From NCBI GenBank assembly GCA_965232515.1, contig CBDDPY010000002.1:6752001-6816000 (forward strand): 64,000 bases of DNA. Reading direction: 5' to 3'. A program made the position numbers and the translations under genes. Below, in pieces: positions 9,311 to 22,312 of this stretch. Below the pieces are notes generated by a model. That model was not told where the DNA came from. It ran no database searches and saw only the letters and a list, made by a program, of their open reading frames with translations. The DNA is from Alphaproteobacteria bacterium (GTDB lineage: Bacteria > Pseudomonadota > Alphaproteobacteria > GCA-2731375). Position 1 is the stretch's first letter; each line of letters starts with the position of its first letter.

Positions 9311-10540
9311 ATGACGCCGCGACACGCCAGTTCTCCGGAGTCGGCATACGCCTGGTGGCGGCTGCTCGCTGCGGTGCTGATCAGCACGATCGGCGGCGTC
9401 GGCATGTGGTCGTCCGTCGTGGCCCTGCCGTCGGTGCAGGCTGAGTTCGACGCCGCGCGCGGCGATGCCGCGCTGCCCTACACGTTCACGATGATCGGTA
9501 TCGCCGTCGGCAGCGTCGTCATGGGCCGTGTCGCGGATCGTTTCGGCGTCGTGGTGCCGGTGATCGGCGCGGCCTTCGCCCTCTGCGTGGGCTATGTCGC
9601 GGCTGCGTTCGCGACCGACCTCTGGCAGTTCGCCATCGTGCATGGCCTGTTGATCGCGCTGTTCGGCAGCGCCGCCACCTTCGCGCCCCTGATCGCCGAT
9701 ACCTCGCATTGGTTCATCCGTCGGCGCGGTATCGCGGTCGCGATCTGCGCTTCCGGCAGCTATCTCGCCGGCGCTTTCTGGCCGCCGGTGATCCAGTCCG
9801 TCATCGACATCGTCGGTTGGCGACAGGCCCATATGGGCATTGGCATCTTCTGCGCCGTGACCATTCTGCCGCTGGCGCTGGCGTTGCGCCGACCGCCGCC
9901 GGTGCTGGCCGACGCGGCCGATTTGGCCGGCGGCAGCCGTCCGCGCGGCACGCCCGGCCTGCCGCCGGCGGTGCTGCAAGCGCTTCTGGTGGTCGCCGGC
10001 GTCGCCTGCTGCGTCGCCATGTCGATGCCGCAGGTGCATATCGTCGCCTACTGCGTTGACCTCGGCTATGGCGCGGCGCGCGGCGCCGAAATGCTGTCCC
10101 TGATGTTGGGCTTCGGCATCGTCAGCCGCCTGGCGTCCGGCTGGATCGCCGATCGTATCGGCGGTCTGCCGACCCTGTTGCTGGGCTCGGTGCTGCAGGC
10201 GACGGCGTTGATCCTCTACCTGCCGTTCGACGGCCTGTATGCGCTCTACATGGTGGCGGCGCTGTTCGGGCTGTTCCAGGGTGGCATCGTGCCGAGCTAC
10301 GCCATTGTCGTGCGGGAGTATTTCCCGGCGTCGGAAGCCGGCGCCCGCGTCGGACTGGTCTTGACCGCGACGGTTGTCGGCATGGCCTTCGGCGGCTGGA
10401 TGACCGGCGCGATCTTCGATCTGACCGGCAGCTACCGGACCGCCTTCCTGAACGGTATCGCCTGGAACGTCCTCAACATGGCGATCGCCACCTGGCTACT
10501 GTTCCGCACGCTGCGGCCGCGGGCGTCGATGGCGCTTTGA
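9311..10540 (+). CDS. MFS transporter
   Basis: About 12 TM helices; GRVADRFG and GWIADRIGG motif A. Confidence 0.88.
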   Translation: MTPRHASSPESAYAWWRLLAAVLISTIGGVGMWSSVVALPSVQAEFDAARGDAALPYTFTMIGIAVGSVVMGRVADRFGVVVPVIGAAFALCVGYVAAAFATDLWQFAIVHGLLIALFGSAATFAPLIADTSHWFIRRRGIAVAICASGSYLAGAFWPPVIQSVIDIVGWRQAHMGIGIFCAVTILPLALALRRPPPVLADAADLAGGSRPRGTPGLPPAVLQALLVVAGVACCVAMSMPQVHIVAYCVDLGYGAARGAEMLSLMLGFGIVSRLASGWIADRIGGLPTLLLGSVLQATALILYLPFDGLYALYMVAALFGLFQGGIVPSYAIVVREYFPASEAGARVGLVLTATVVGMAFGGWMTGAIFDLTGSYRTAFLNGIAWNVLNMAIATWLLFRTLRPRASMAL

Positions 10541-10579
10541 GATGCCGGCGGCTGCGATGGTTGCGAGGCGTATTCTCTG

Positions 10580-11152
10580 TCAGGGCATGTCCTGCGTGCC
10601 GAAGGCAGTGCAGATAAGCAGGCGGTCGACCTGCTCGCCATCGGTCGACAGCGGCATATCGAGGCTTTCGGTTCGCAGATAGGTCTTGTTGACAAAATGG
10701 GCGGTGCCCAGATTGCGGAGGGGCCGTCGGTTTTCAATCACCCAGGACGGTCCCAGACTGAGCTCGTGCATCGCGCGGCTGTCGTAGATTTCGTCCCAAT
10801 ACCGCCCGGTGCTGTCACGGCCCAGGGTTTCGGTGATGTAGGTGCCGATCAGCCGCCACCGATATCGACGTCTGGGCTGATATTCGATATCCAGAAGCAA
10901 GATATGCGGCAGCAATCGGACGGGAAATTTGAGTGGATCGATATCGGTCGGGGCCGGCATCGGCCGTTTGCCCCTCAAGTCGTTCCAGACCTTCAGCCCG
11001 TCGTGCAGAAGCGGATGCTGAATATTCAGGTCGGGATCGAGCTCGTATTCGATGGTGCCGAAGAAAGAACTCTGGCCGACAGATTGATCGCCGGGATTCA
11101 TGAAATTCCAATTCAGGTCCGTCACGGCGGCGGTGGCAGCGACGGTGTGCAC
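10580..11152 (-). CDS. PAS_5 domain protein
   Basis: WNDLRGKRPMP, LLPHILLLD, YRWRLIGT and GRDSTGRY are typical of alphaproteobacterial PAS_5. Confidence 0.8.
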   Translation of the reverse strand: MHTVAATAAVTDLNWNFMNPGDQSVGQSSFFGTIEYELDPDLNIQHPLLHDGLKVWNDLRGKRPMPAPTDIDPLKFPVRLLPHILLLDIEYQPRRRYRWRLIGTYITETLGRDSTGRYWDEIYDSRAMHELSLGPSWVIENRRPLRNLGTAHFVNKTYLRTESLDMPLSTDGEQVDRLLICTAFGTQDMP

Positions 11153-11431
11153 TTAGTGTAATCGGAACTCGCCGTCGATCGCACGGAATTCGCTGGGCTT
11201 GATCAATTCGGCGGTGGCGAGCTTTACGGAATGCAGCCGGCCGTCGAGATTGGCTTCCCAGAAATCCAGGAACCTGGTCAGCACCGGATATTTCGGCGCC
11301 ACGTCATAGTCCTGCCAGATATAGGATTGCAGCAGGCTCGGATGGTCTGGCAGATGGTAGAGGATTTCGGCTGTCGCCAGACGATAGCCCATGAGCTGCA
11401 GTTCGATGGCCGTCGAGCTTGTCACGGTCAT
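11153..11431 (-). CDS. usg: Usg family protein
   Basis: GYRLATAEILYHLPDHPSLLQSYIWQDYDVAP...LDGRLHSV; divergent from groES as in other Alphaproteobacteria. Confidence 0.88.
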   Translation of the reverse strand: MTVTSSTAIELQLMGYRLATAEILYHLPDHPSLLQSYIWQDYDVAPKYPVLTRFLDFWEANLDGRLHSVKLATAELIKPSEFRAIDGEFRLH

Positions 11432-11534
11432 GTTCACTACCCTCCTCTGAACGCGCCACATGGCCAAAAGTTTGGCCCATGCGTGGCCCGATCCTCAACC
11501 AGAATAGAGTGGGAAGGTTAATAAAATCAGTCTG

Positions 11535-11561
11535 TTAGCAGCACTCGTCGCCGGCTGCCAA
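11535..11561. promoter_or_regulatory. Degenerate second CIRCE-like inverted repeat
   Basis: TTAGCAGCA-N9-GGCTGCCAA versus consensus TTAGCACTC-N9-GAGTGCTAA. Confidence 0.45.
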
Positions 11562-11578
11562 TTTTCTCCGGTCCGGCG

Positions 11579-11606
11579 CTTGACAGGAATATGCAGCCCC
11601 CATATA
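11579..11606 (+). promoter_or_regulatory. Sigma-32 (RpoH) heat-shock promoter of groESL
   Basis: CTTGAC ... CCCCCATATA. Confidence 0.8.
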
Positions 11607-11620
11607 TCCGTCGCCGTAGA

Positions 11621-11647
11621 CTGGCACTGTCTTTGTTAGAGTGCCAG
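11621..11647 (+). promoter_or_regulatory. CIRCE element (HrcA operator)
   Basis: CTGGCACTG-N9-GAGTGCCAG between the promoter and groES. Confidence 0.85.
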
Positions 11648-11708
11648 GCCGCGTTTCCCCATATTTCAGCGCGCGGAATGGCCGTGCGCGAGACAGGAGG
11701 TTCAGCTG

Positions 11709-12026
11709 ATGAAATTCAGGCCGTTGCACGACCGGGTCGTAGTTCGCCGCGTCGAGGAAGACGAGCGGACGGCCGGCGGCATTATCGTCCCCGACACCGC
11801 AAAAGAAAAGCCGATGCAGGGCGAGGTTGTTTCCGTCGGCCCCGGCGCCCGTAACGAGAAGGGCGAGATCGTGGCGTTGGATGTCAAGGCCGGCGACCGT
11901 GTGCTGTTCGGCAAGTGGTCGGGCACCGAGGTCAAGATGGACGGCGAAGAGCTGTTGATCATGAAGGAATCCGATGTGATGGCCATTATCGAGGTCAAGA
12001 AGGCCTCGAAGAAGAAGGCCGCCTAG
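11709..12026 (+). CDS. groES: Co-chaperonin GroES
   Basis: [14 protein letters not shown]...[13 protein letters not shown]. Confidence 0.98.
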   Translation: MKFRPLHDRVVVRRVEEDERTAGGIIVPDTAKEKPMQGEVVSVGPGARNEKGEIVALDVKAGDRVLFGKWSGTEVKMDGEELLIMKESDVMAIIEVKKASKKKAA

Positions 12027-13676
<1,650 letters not shown>

Positions 13677-13699
13677 TCCATCCCGGACAGATCATCTAC

Positions 13700-13733
13700 A
13701 AAGGGCCGCGCCCCCGCGCGGCCCTTTTTCTTT
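13700..13733 (+). terminator. Rho-independent terminator of groESL
   Basis: AAAGGGCCGCGC-loop-GCGCGGCCCTTT followed by a T-tract. Confidence 0.85.
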
Positions 13734-13742
13734 GGGTCATAA

Positions 13743-13771
13743 CGGTCATGAAACGATCACGGCGACGTCAC
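13743..13771 (+). promoter_or_regulatory. Pho box (PhoB direct repeats) upstream of phoD
   Basis: CGGTCAT-N4-CGATCAC-N4-ACGTCAC with 11-bp period, resembling CTGTCAT-N4-CTGTCAT. Confidence 0.6.
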
Positions 13772-13838
13772 GCGGGTGCAATTTGCGATGGTTAACGCTT
13801 GCGTCCTGGGACAAGCTTTAACGCAGGGGGCAACCGAT

Positions 13839-15425
13839 ATGCCAAATCAGCGAACCAGGTTACATGTCAGCCGCCGGAAGCTGTTGGGCGGCGCGGCCGC
13901 AACGGCAGGTCTTGTCGGCAGCGGCCTGATCGGCATGCCGGCGATCGCGCGGGCCGGGCGGCCGGTGATTACGCACGGCGTGCAGACCGGCGACGTCACG
14001 CAGTCGCGGGCGATCATCTGGTCGCGGGCCGACCGGCCGTCGCGCATGATCGTCGAGGTCGCGGCCACCGAATCGTTCAACAATCCGCGCCGCATCGTCG
14101 GGCCGGCGGCGTTGGAGGCGTCCGACTTCGCCACAAAGATCGACCTGACCGGCCTGCCGGCGGGCGAGGACGTGTTCTATCGGGTGAGCTACCAGAACCT
14201 GAGCGATCTCGCGGCGACGAGCGAGCCGGTGGTCGGCCGGCTGCGCACGGCGCCGGGGGACCGGCGCGACATCAATTTCGTCTGGACCGGCGACACGGCC
14301 GGGCAGGGCTGGGGCATCGACGAAGCCTGGGGCGGGATGAAAGGTTACGCGACCATGCGCGGCCAACACCCTGATTTCTTTATTCATTCCGGCGATACGA
14401 TTTATGCCGACAATCCGATTGAGGCGGAAGTCCAGATGCCCGACGGCGGCGTCTGGAAGAACGTGATTATCGAGGAAAAGGCCAAGGTCGCCGAGACGCT
14501 GCACGAGTTCCGCGGCAACTACAAATACAACCTGCTGGACGAACACGTGCGCGCCTTCAACGCCGAGGTGCCGTTCTATGCGCAGTGGGACGACCACGAG
14601 ACGGTCAACAACTGGTATCCGAACGAAATCCTGAACGACGACCGCTATCAGGTTAAGAACGTTGCGCTTTTGGCCGCGCGTGCGAACCGGGCGTTCCACG
14701 AGTTCATGCCCACGCGGCAGTTCGCGCACGACCGCGAGCGGATCTACCGCAAGATCCACTACGGGCCGCTGCTGGACATCTTCTTCCTGGATATGCGCAG
14801 CTACCGCGGCGACAACGGGCCGAACAACCAGGCGACGCCCGGCCCGGAGACGGCGTTCCTGGGCGCGGAACAGATCCGCTGGCTGAAGCGGGAACTGCTG
14901 GCGAGTCGGGCGACCTGGAAGGTGATCGCGTCCGACATGCCGCTTGGCCTGATCGTCTACGACAATTGGCGTGAGAAGAACACATTCGAAAACGGCGCCA
15001 ACGGCGACGGCCCGGTGCGCGGCCGCGAGCACGAAATTGCCGACTTGCTGCGCTTTATGATGCACAACGATGTGCACAATATCGTCTTTTTGACAGCCGA
15101 CGTGCACTATACTGCAGCTCACTATTACGACCCGGCGAAAGCCCAGTTCGGCGACTTCATGCCGTTCTGGGAATTCGTTTCGGGACCGATCCATGCCGGC
15201 TCGTTCGGGCCGGGCGACATGGACAACACCTTCGGGCCGCAGGTGATGTATCAGAAGTCGCCGGAGGGTAAACCGAACCTGCCGCCGTCGGACGGGCTGC
15301 AGTTTTTCGGAAAGGTCCGCATCGACGGACAGTCGGGCGTGATGACGGTCGGACTGAAGGACATCGCCGACGAGGTACTCTACAGCGTCGACCTGACGCC
15401 GAAGACCGGCGCGTCACCGGCCTAG
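13839..15425 (+). CDS. phoD: Alkaline phosphatase D, Tat-exported
   Basis: Tat motif SRRKLL; HSGDTIYAD, QWDDHE, LDMRSYR and TADVHY motifs. Confidence 0.93.
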   Translation: MPNQRTRLHVSRRKLLGGAAATAGLVGSGLIGMPAIARAGRPVITHGVQTGDVTQSRAIIWSRADRPSRMIVEVAATESFNNPRRIVGPAALEASDFATKIDLTGLPAGEDVFYRVSYQNLSDLAATSEPVVGRLRTAPGDRRDINFVWTGDTAGQGWGIDEAWGGMKGYATMRGQHPDFFIHSGDTIYADNPIEAEVQMPDGGVWKNVIIEEKAKVAETLHEFRGNYKYNLLDEHVRAFNAEVPFYAQWDDHETVNNWYPNEILNDDRYQVKNVALLAARANRAFHEFMPTRQFAHDRERIYRKIHYGPLLDIFFLDMRSYRGDNGPNNQATPGPETAFLGAEQIRWLKRELLASRATWKVIASDMPLGLIVYDNWREKNTFENGANGDGPVRGREHEIADLLRFMMHNDVHNIVFLTADVHYTAAHYYDPAKAQFGDFMPFWEFVSGPIHAGSFGPGDMDNTFGPQVMYQKSPEGKPNLPPSDGLQFFGKVRIDGQSGVMTVGLKDIADEVLYSVDLTPKTGASPA

Positions 15426-15544
15426 ACGCCGATACCGGCTTGGCATTATGACTCCATGACGGGGTGGCCGTTGGCCGTCCCGCATGGGGCCATACTGCCG
15501 GCCACGCCGAACAGGGCGGCGGGCCGCCAAGAAGCGGGACTTGC

Positions 15545-17128
<1,584 letters not shown>

Positions 17129-17160
17129 CATGTTGCAGAAAAGGAGCGCGACACCGACGA

Positions 17161-17474
17161 CCATCCTTCGAGACGCGTCCCTTCGGGCCGCTCCTCAGGA
17201 TGAGGAAGCTCTTGATTGCGAGGCGCTGTTCTCATGCCCGGAGCAAGGCACCCCCACGTCGTCATTGCCGGACTTGATCCGGCAATCCAGGCAGCACTTG
17301 CCCCACGCGTCCTTCTGGATCACCGGGTCAGGCCCGGTGATGACAAGGGAGGGGTGGCCGACCGATGGAATTCGAACAACACGTTTTGAGTCGGACACTC
17401 AGGACGAGGGGGCTCTTGTCTGCAACGGGTGGTCCTCATGCTGAGGAGCGGCGGAGCCGCGTCTCGAAGCATGG
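17161..17474. repeat. Nested intergenic palindromic elements (REP/RIME-like)
   Basis: Outer inverted pair CCATCCTTCGAGACGCG..CGCTCCTCAGGATGAGG (17161-17205) and CCTCATGCTGAGGAGCG..CGCGTCTCGAAGCATGG (17434-17474); inner pair GTCATTGCCGGACTTGATCCGGCAATCCAG (17261-17290) and CTGGATCACCGGGTCAGGCCCGGTGATGAC (17315-17344). Confidence 0.8.
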
Positions 17475-17486
17475 CTGCCCCGGGGC

Positions 17487-18584
17487 GTGGCCATGTTGCC
17501 TAGGCTGGAAGCGCGGGGGGCGGCCTCGCAGGTTTGGGTGTATCTGACGCCGCTGCTGGCGGTGGGGCTGACGCTCGTCGCGGGGTTCGTGTTGTTCCTG
17601 GCGCTCGGCTTCGATGCCGCAAATGCGCTCTACATCTTTTTCGTGAAGCCCGTCAGCAGCGCCTATGGCGTCGGCGAGCTGCTGGTGAAGGCGGCGCCGC
17701 TCTGCCTCTGCGCGGTCGGGCTCGCGATCGGCTTCCGGGCGAACGTCTGGAACATCGGCGCCGACGGGCAGTTGACGCTGGGCGCGATCTGCGGCGGCGG
17801 GCTGGCGCTCGCCTTCTACGGCAACGAGGGGTTCTGGCTGCTGCCGCTGATGGTGGTCGGCGGCGTGCTGGGCGGCATGGCCTGGGCAGCGATCCCGGCG
17901 TTTTTGCGCACGCGCTACAACGCCAACGAGATCCTGGTCAGCCTGATGCTGACCTACGTGGCGACGCTGTTCCTGAGCTATCTGGTGCATGGGCCCTGGC
18001 GCTCGCCGGAGGGCTACAACTTCCCGGAAAGCCGGCTTTTCAACGACCCCGCCATCCTGCCGATCCTGTGGTCGGGCACGCGCGCGCATCTGGGCGTGCT
18101 GTTCGCGCTGCTGGCCGTGATCGCCGGCTGGATCCTGCTTGCGCGCACGTTCGTCGGCTTCCAGATCAAGGTCGTCGGCCTGACGCCGGCCGCGGCCGGC
18201 TACGCCGGTTTCAGCCAGAAGCGGCTGATCTGGTTCTCGCTGCTGTTGAGCGGCGGGCTCGCGGGCCTCGCCGGCCTGGGCGAGGTGGCGGGGCCGATCG
18301 GCCAGCTCTTGCCGTCGGTGTCGCCGGGCTACGGCTTCACCGCCATCATCGTCGCCTTCCTCGGCCGCCTGCATCCCGTCGGCATCTTGCTGGCTTCGTT
18401 GTTGATGGCCTTGTCGTACTTGGGCGGCGAGGCGGTGCAGATCGAGGTCGGCCTGCCGCTCGCCGTCACCGGCGTGTTCCAGGGCATGCTGCTGTTCTTC
18501 CTGCTGGCCTGCGACGTGCTGATTCGATATCGCGTGCGCTTCGGCGCGCCGGCCGCCGTCACGGCGCAGAGGCCCGCTCACTGA
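17487..18584 (+). CDS. Nucleoside ABC transporter permease
   Basis: WNIGADGQ, NEILVSLML and GYGFTAIIVAFLGRLHP. Confidence 0.92.
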   Translation: MAMLPRLEARGAASQVWVYLTPLLAVGLTLVAGFVLFLALGFDAANALYIFFVKPVSSAYGVGELLVKAAPLCLCAVGLAIGFRANVWNIGADGQLTLGAICGGGLALAFYGNEGFWLLPLMVVGGVLGGMAWAAIPAFLRTRYNANEILVSLMLTYVATLFLSYLVHGPWRSPEGYNFPESRLFNDPAILPILWSGTRAHLGVLFALLAVIAGWILLARTFVGFQIKVVGLTPAAAGYAGFSQKRLIWFSLLLSGGLAGLAGLGEVAGPIGQLLPSVSPGYGFTAIIVAFLGRLHPVGILLASLLMALSYLGGEAVQIEVGLPLAVTGVFQGMLLFFLLACDVLIRYRVRFGAPAAVTAQRPAH

Positions 18585-19513
18585 TGGGCGGGCTCGACAC
18601 CACGGCGGCCGTGCTGATTACCGTGGTCGGTGCGGCGACGCCGTTGCTGTTCGCGGCCTTGGGCGAGCTGGTGACCGAGAAGTCGGGCGTTTTGAACCTG
18701 GGCGTCGAGGGCATGATGCTGGTCGGCGCCGTCGCCGGCTTCGCCACCGCCATCGGCAGCGGCAGCATTGTGCTGGCGATCGTCGTCGCCGCGCTCGCCG
18801 GGGCCGGCATGGCGCTGCTGTTCGGTGTTTTGACGCTGACGCTGCTGGCGAACCAGGTGGCGACCGGGCTGGCGCTGACCATGTTCGGCATCGGCTTGAG
18901 CTCGCTGATCGGCCAGGACTTCGTCGGCACGCCGCTGCCGGGTCTCGACAAGCTCTACATTCCCGGCCTGACCGATCTGCCGGTGATCGGCCCGCTGCTG
19001 TTCGGGCAGGACGCGCTGGTCTATCTGTCGTTCGCGGCCGTGCTGGGCGTGAGCTGGTTCCTCTACCGCTCGCGGGGCGGGCTGGTGCTCAGGGCGGTAG
19101 GCGAGAACCACGACGCGGCGCACGCCATCGGCTATCCCGTCGTGCGCATCCGCTATCTCGCAGTGCTGTTCGGCGGCGCCATGAGCGGGCTTGCCGGCGG
19201 GTACCTGTCCTTGGCCTATACGCCGATGTGGGCCGAGAACATGACCGCCGGCCGCGGCTGGATCGCGCTGGCGCTGGTGGTGTTCGCGACCTGGAAGCCG
19301 GGCCGGGTGCTGCTGGGCGCCTATCTGTTCGGCGGTGTCACCATCCTGCAGCTCCACGTCCAGGGCTTCGGCATCGCCGCGCCGTCGCAGCTGTTGTCGA
19401 TGCTGCCGTATGTGGCGACGATCCTGGTGCTGGTGCTGATATCGCGCGATAGTATCCGTATCCGGTTGAACGCGCCGGCGGCGATCGGCAAGGTGTTCCA
19501 TCCCGACGCCTGA
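18584..19513 (+). CDS. Nucleoside ABC transporter permease
   Basis: EKSGVLNLGVEGMM and AGRGWIALALVVF; TGATG overlap with the previous permease. Confidence 0.92.
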   Translation: MGGLDTTAAVLITVVGAATPLLFAALGELVTEKSGVLNLGVEGMMLVGAVAGFATAIGSGSIVLAIVVAALAGAGMALLFGVLTLTLLANQVATGLALTMFGIGLSSLIGQDFVGTPLPGLDKLYIPGLTDLPVIGPLLFGQDALVYLSFAAVLGVSWFLYRSRGGLVLRAVGENHDAAHAIGYPVVRIRYLAVLFGGAMSGLAGGYLSLAYTPMWAENMTAGRGWIALALVVFATWKPGRVLLGAYLFGGVTILQLHVQGFGIAAPSQLLSMLPYVATILVLVLISRDSIRIRLNAPAAIGKVFHPDA

Positions 19514-19564
19514 CCGGCGTCGATCGATTCAAACAACGAGTGAAGTTGGCAAGGAGGCTTTGAT

Positions 19565-20656
19565 ATGGGGAAAAGATGGTTCGGGGGTGTGCTGGCGGCG
19601 GCGATGGCCGCGGTTGGCCTGCTGTTCGGCGGCGCGGCGCAGGCCGACGGCCATGAGCAGCTGAAGGTCGGCTTCGTTTATGTCGGGCCGATCGGCGACC
19701 ACGGCTGGACCTACCGGCATGACAAGGGCCGGCAGGCGATCGAGGCGGCGCTCGGCGACAAGGTCGAGACCACCTATGTCGAGAGCGTGGCCGAAGGCGC
19801 GGATGCCGAGCGCGTGATCCGGCAGCTCGCGGCGAGCGGCCACAAGCTGATCTTCACCACCTCGTTCGGCTTCATGAACCCGACGGTGAAGGTGGCGAAG
19901 GCCTTCCCCGACGTGCGCTTCGAGCACGCCACCGGCTACAAGCGGGCCGACAATGTCAGCACCTATATGGCGCGGTTCTACGAGGGCCGGCACATCGCCG
20001 GGCTGATCGCCGGCAACATGACCAAGTCGGGCACCATCGGCTATATCGGCTCGTTCCCGATACCCGAAGTCGTGCGCGGCATCAACGCCTTTACCATCGC
20101 GCTGCGCAGCGTGCGGCCGGACGCGGAAGTGAAGGTGGTCTGGGTCAACAGCTGGTACGACCCGGGCAAGGAAGGCGACGCGGCGAAGGCGCTGATCGAC
20201 CAGGGCGCCGACGTGATCCTGCAGCACACGGACTCGCCGGCGCCGATCCAGGCGGCGCAGGAGCGCGGCGTCTGGGCCGTGGGCCAGGCGTCCGATATGT
20301 CGAAGTTCGGGCCGAAGTCGCACCTGACCGCCATCATCGACGACTGGGACGGTTACTACGTTCAGCGCGCGAAAGACGTGATGGCCGGCAGCTGGGCCTC
20401 GGGCGACACCTGGGGCGGCTTGGACACCGGCATGGTCCGGATGTCGGACTACAATTCGGCGATCCCGGCCGACGTCGTCGCCATCGCCAAGAAGGCCGAG
20501 GCCGACATCAAGTCCGGCGCGATCCACCCCTTCCAGGGCCCGATCCGCAACCAGGCCGGCGAGCTCGTCGTCGCCGAAGGCGAACGCCTCGACGACGGCA
20601 AGCTCCTGTCCATGGACTGGTACGTCGAAGGCGTCCAGGGCAAGCTGCCGAAGTAG
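19565..20656 (+). CDS. BMP family ABC substrate-binding protein (purine/nucleoside)
   Basis: Signal peptide; KVGFVYVGPIGDHGWT, TTSFGF and QHTDSPA. Confidence 0.92.
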   Translation: MGKRWFGGVLAAAMAAVGLLFGGAAQADGHEQLKVGFVYVGPIGDHGWTYRHDKGRQAIEAALGDKVETTYVESVAEGADAERVIRQLAASGHKLIFTTSFGFMNPTVKVAKAFPDVRFEHATGYKRADNVSTYMARFYEGRHIAGLIAGNMTKSGTIGYIGSFPIPEVVRGINAFTIALRSVRPDAEVKVVWVNSWYDPGKEGDAAKALIDQGADVILQHTDSPAPIQAAQERGVWAVGQASDMSKFGPKSHLTAIIDDWDGYYVQRAKDVMAGSWASGDTWGGLDTGMVRMSDYNSAIPADVVAIAKKAEADIKSGAIHPFQGPIRNQAGELVVAEGERLDDGKLLSMDWYVEGVQGKLPK

Positions 20657-20687
20657 CGCTTGGCCGTAAGGTAACGAACGAGATCAC

Positions 20688-20716
20688 CCCGGCGGTGCTA
20701 AGCCGCCGGGTTTTTT
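20688..20716 (+). terminator. Rho-independent terminator
   Basis: CCCGGCGG-loop-CCGCCGGG-TTTTTT after the BMP gene. Confidence 0.8.
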
Positions 20717-20906
20717 CCCGGTCTGTTTGCCGAATCAACTTCCGATTTCGGCAGCCGCCGTCTCTGTTTTTGTTGATGACGTCAGAACTGTTTTAGGGTC
20801 TGAGTGTGACCGGCGGGTGTTGGTGTCCCAACTCCAGCGGGGCGGTGTATAACCTACATTTTATTTTCTTTTTGGTTGGGCCTTGCCTAGTTCCCGGAGA
20901 TAGACA

Positions 20907-21488
20907 GTGTGCAGAATTTTCGTCGCTTTGGCCGCGGCAGCTTTTGCTTTTTTGTTCATACAAAGCCCACGGGCGCAATTCATCGAACCCATGCCAAAAA
21001 TCACGCCCGGTAGCTGCAGCTATCACTCATCATTGGTTTCAATGTTGGCGAGAATTTTAGGAGCCACCATCGTTTGGAGGGGGCGTCAGAAACAGAACGG
21101 TGAATCCATCGTCGAATACGAACTCTACAACTCAGACCAGGGTTGGGCTTTGGTCCGCCATTATCCAGGCACAACTGGGCGGCGCGCAAAGGGATGTGTG
21201 TTGGACTTCGGCAGATATCGCACCATAGACGCGGAGAGGAAAGAGGGTCGGGATATTGGTTGTGTTCCTGATCTTGGGTACGCCGCCATTTTGAAAGACC
21301 TCGCCGGCATCACTTTACGTTGGGCGGGCCTGAATTCCAGAGGGACACATATGTACGCATTGTACGTGGACCGGCGAGGTCGATGGGCGTTGCGTCTGCC
21401 AACACTCGGGCGTTCGTCTGCTCTTTCGAATGACTGGGAATGTTCGGCGGAGGTTGGATACGGCTCAACGGAAGTTTCTAGGTTCTGA
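20907..21488 (+). CDS. Hypothetical exported protein with an internally duplicated Cys-containing domain (lower GC)
   Basis: Signal peptide; two repeats of C..(L)..G.T..W.G....Y.LY...G.WAL...P...C...G. Confidence 0.6.
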   Translation: MCRIFVALAAAAFAFLFIQSPRAQFIEPMPKITPGSCSYHSSLVSMLARILGATIVWRGRQKQNGESIVEYELYNSDQGWALVRHYPGTTGRRAKGCVLDFGRYRTIDAERKEGRDIGCVPDLGYAAILKDLAGITLRWAGLNSRGTHMYALYVDRRGRWALRLPTLGRSSALSNDWECSAEVGYGSTEVSRF

Positions 21489-21500
21489 ATTTTGGAGTTT

Positions 21501-21637
21501 GGATTACGGTGACAGCGCACTTTTTTCATTCGCAAATGCCCGGTCGGCTATTTGGCCCCTTGGGCCTATGAACCATGCTGTAGGGCACGGAGTATGATTA
21601 TTGTTCATCAGTGCATTTAGTGCACTGTCACCGGAAT
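21501..21637. repeat. Inverted pair of ATT[AC]CGGTGACAG REP-like repeats
   Basis: GGATTACGGTGACAGCGCAC at 21501; reverse copy ATTCCGGTGACAGTGCACTAAAT at 21615-21637. Confidence 0.7.
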
Positions 21638-22101
21638 GTGTTCTTAGTGATGATAAAGAACACCGATATTCCACCAATCATTTCTTCAACGCTTCCGGTC
21701 ACATCGTAGTCAGGCATCATCTGTGCCTTCGCAGCTTGAATTGCGTCCTCAAGCGCCGCGTCTGTAAGAAATGTGGACCTTGGGTAGCGATATCCGACCG
21801 TAACCTGAATAAAGTCCGGCGTCTGTTCGTTTTCGCTATAGATCGGCCTTACCACTAGGAGGTCACCATCAGGCGTGTTCATTGCCATCCCCAAGCCGGT
21901 TTCCGGTGTCCCCATGGGCGTCGCCGCGCCTGCTGCAACAGCCTGATGCAGGTTCGCTATCCACTCGTCCTTAGTCATGGCGAACATCGCTCGCGCATCG
22001 TCCTTGGACAAAATCTCGATTGTCGGCGTTGCCTCCTGTGCCACGACCGTGACCGGGAGCAATAGCAACATGAGCGTACCGATTCGCCTAATCACTTCCA
22101 C
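21628..22101 (-). CDS. Hypothetical exported protein (lower GC)
   Basis: Signal peptide LLLLLPVTVVA-QE; its stop codon lies inside the repeat at 21615-21637. Confidence 0.6.
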   Translation of the reverse strand: MEVIRRIGTLMLLLLPVTVVAQEATPTIEILSKDDARAMFAMTKDEWIANLHQAVAAGAATPMGTPETGLGMAMNTPDGDLLVVRPIYSENEQTPDFIQVTVGYRYPRSTFLTDAALEDAIQAAKAQMMPDYDVTGSVEEMIGGISVFFIITKNTFR

Positions 22102-22312
22102 ATGGCGCCTTCTGCTTGAGGTTCTCGGAAGGGGCTGGGCTGATCCGAATTCGCTTAATGGCCATCAGCATTGGACGTTGCCTCATTACAGTCCGCGACA
22201 GTGTAACAGAGAGTAGGCGGTGATGAGCGGTTCGATGAGGGCAAGATAAATTAGTAAGCATCATGGGACGCTAAGTTTTTGCCCAAACGTAGTTTTTTGT
22301 ATTGCGGCGAAA

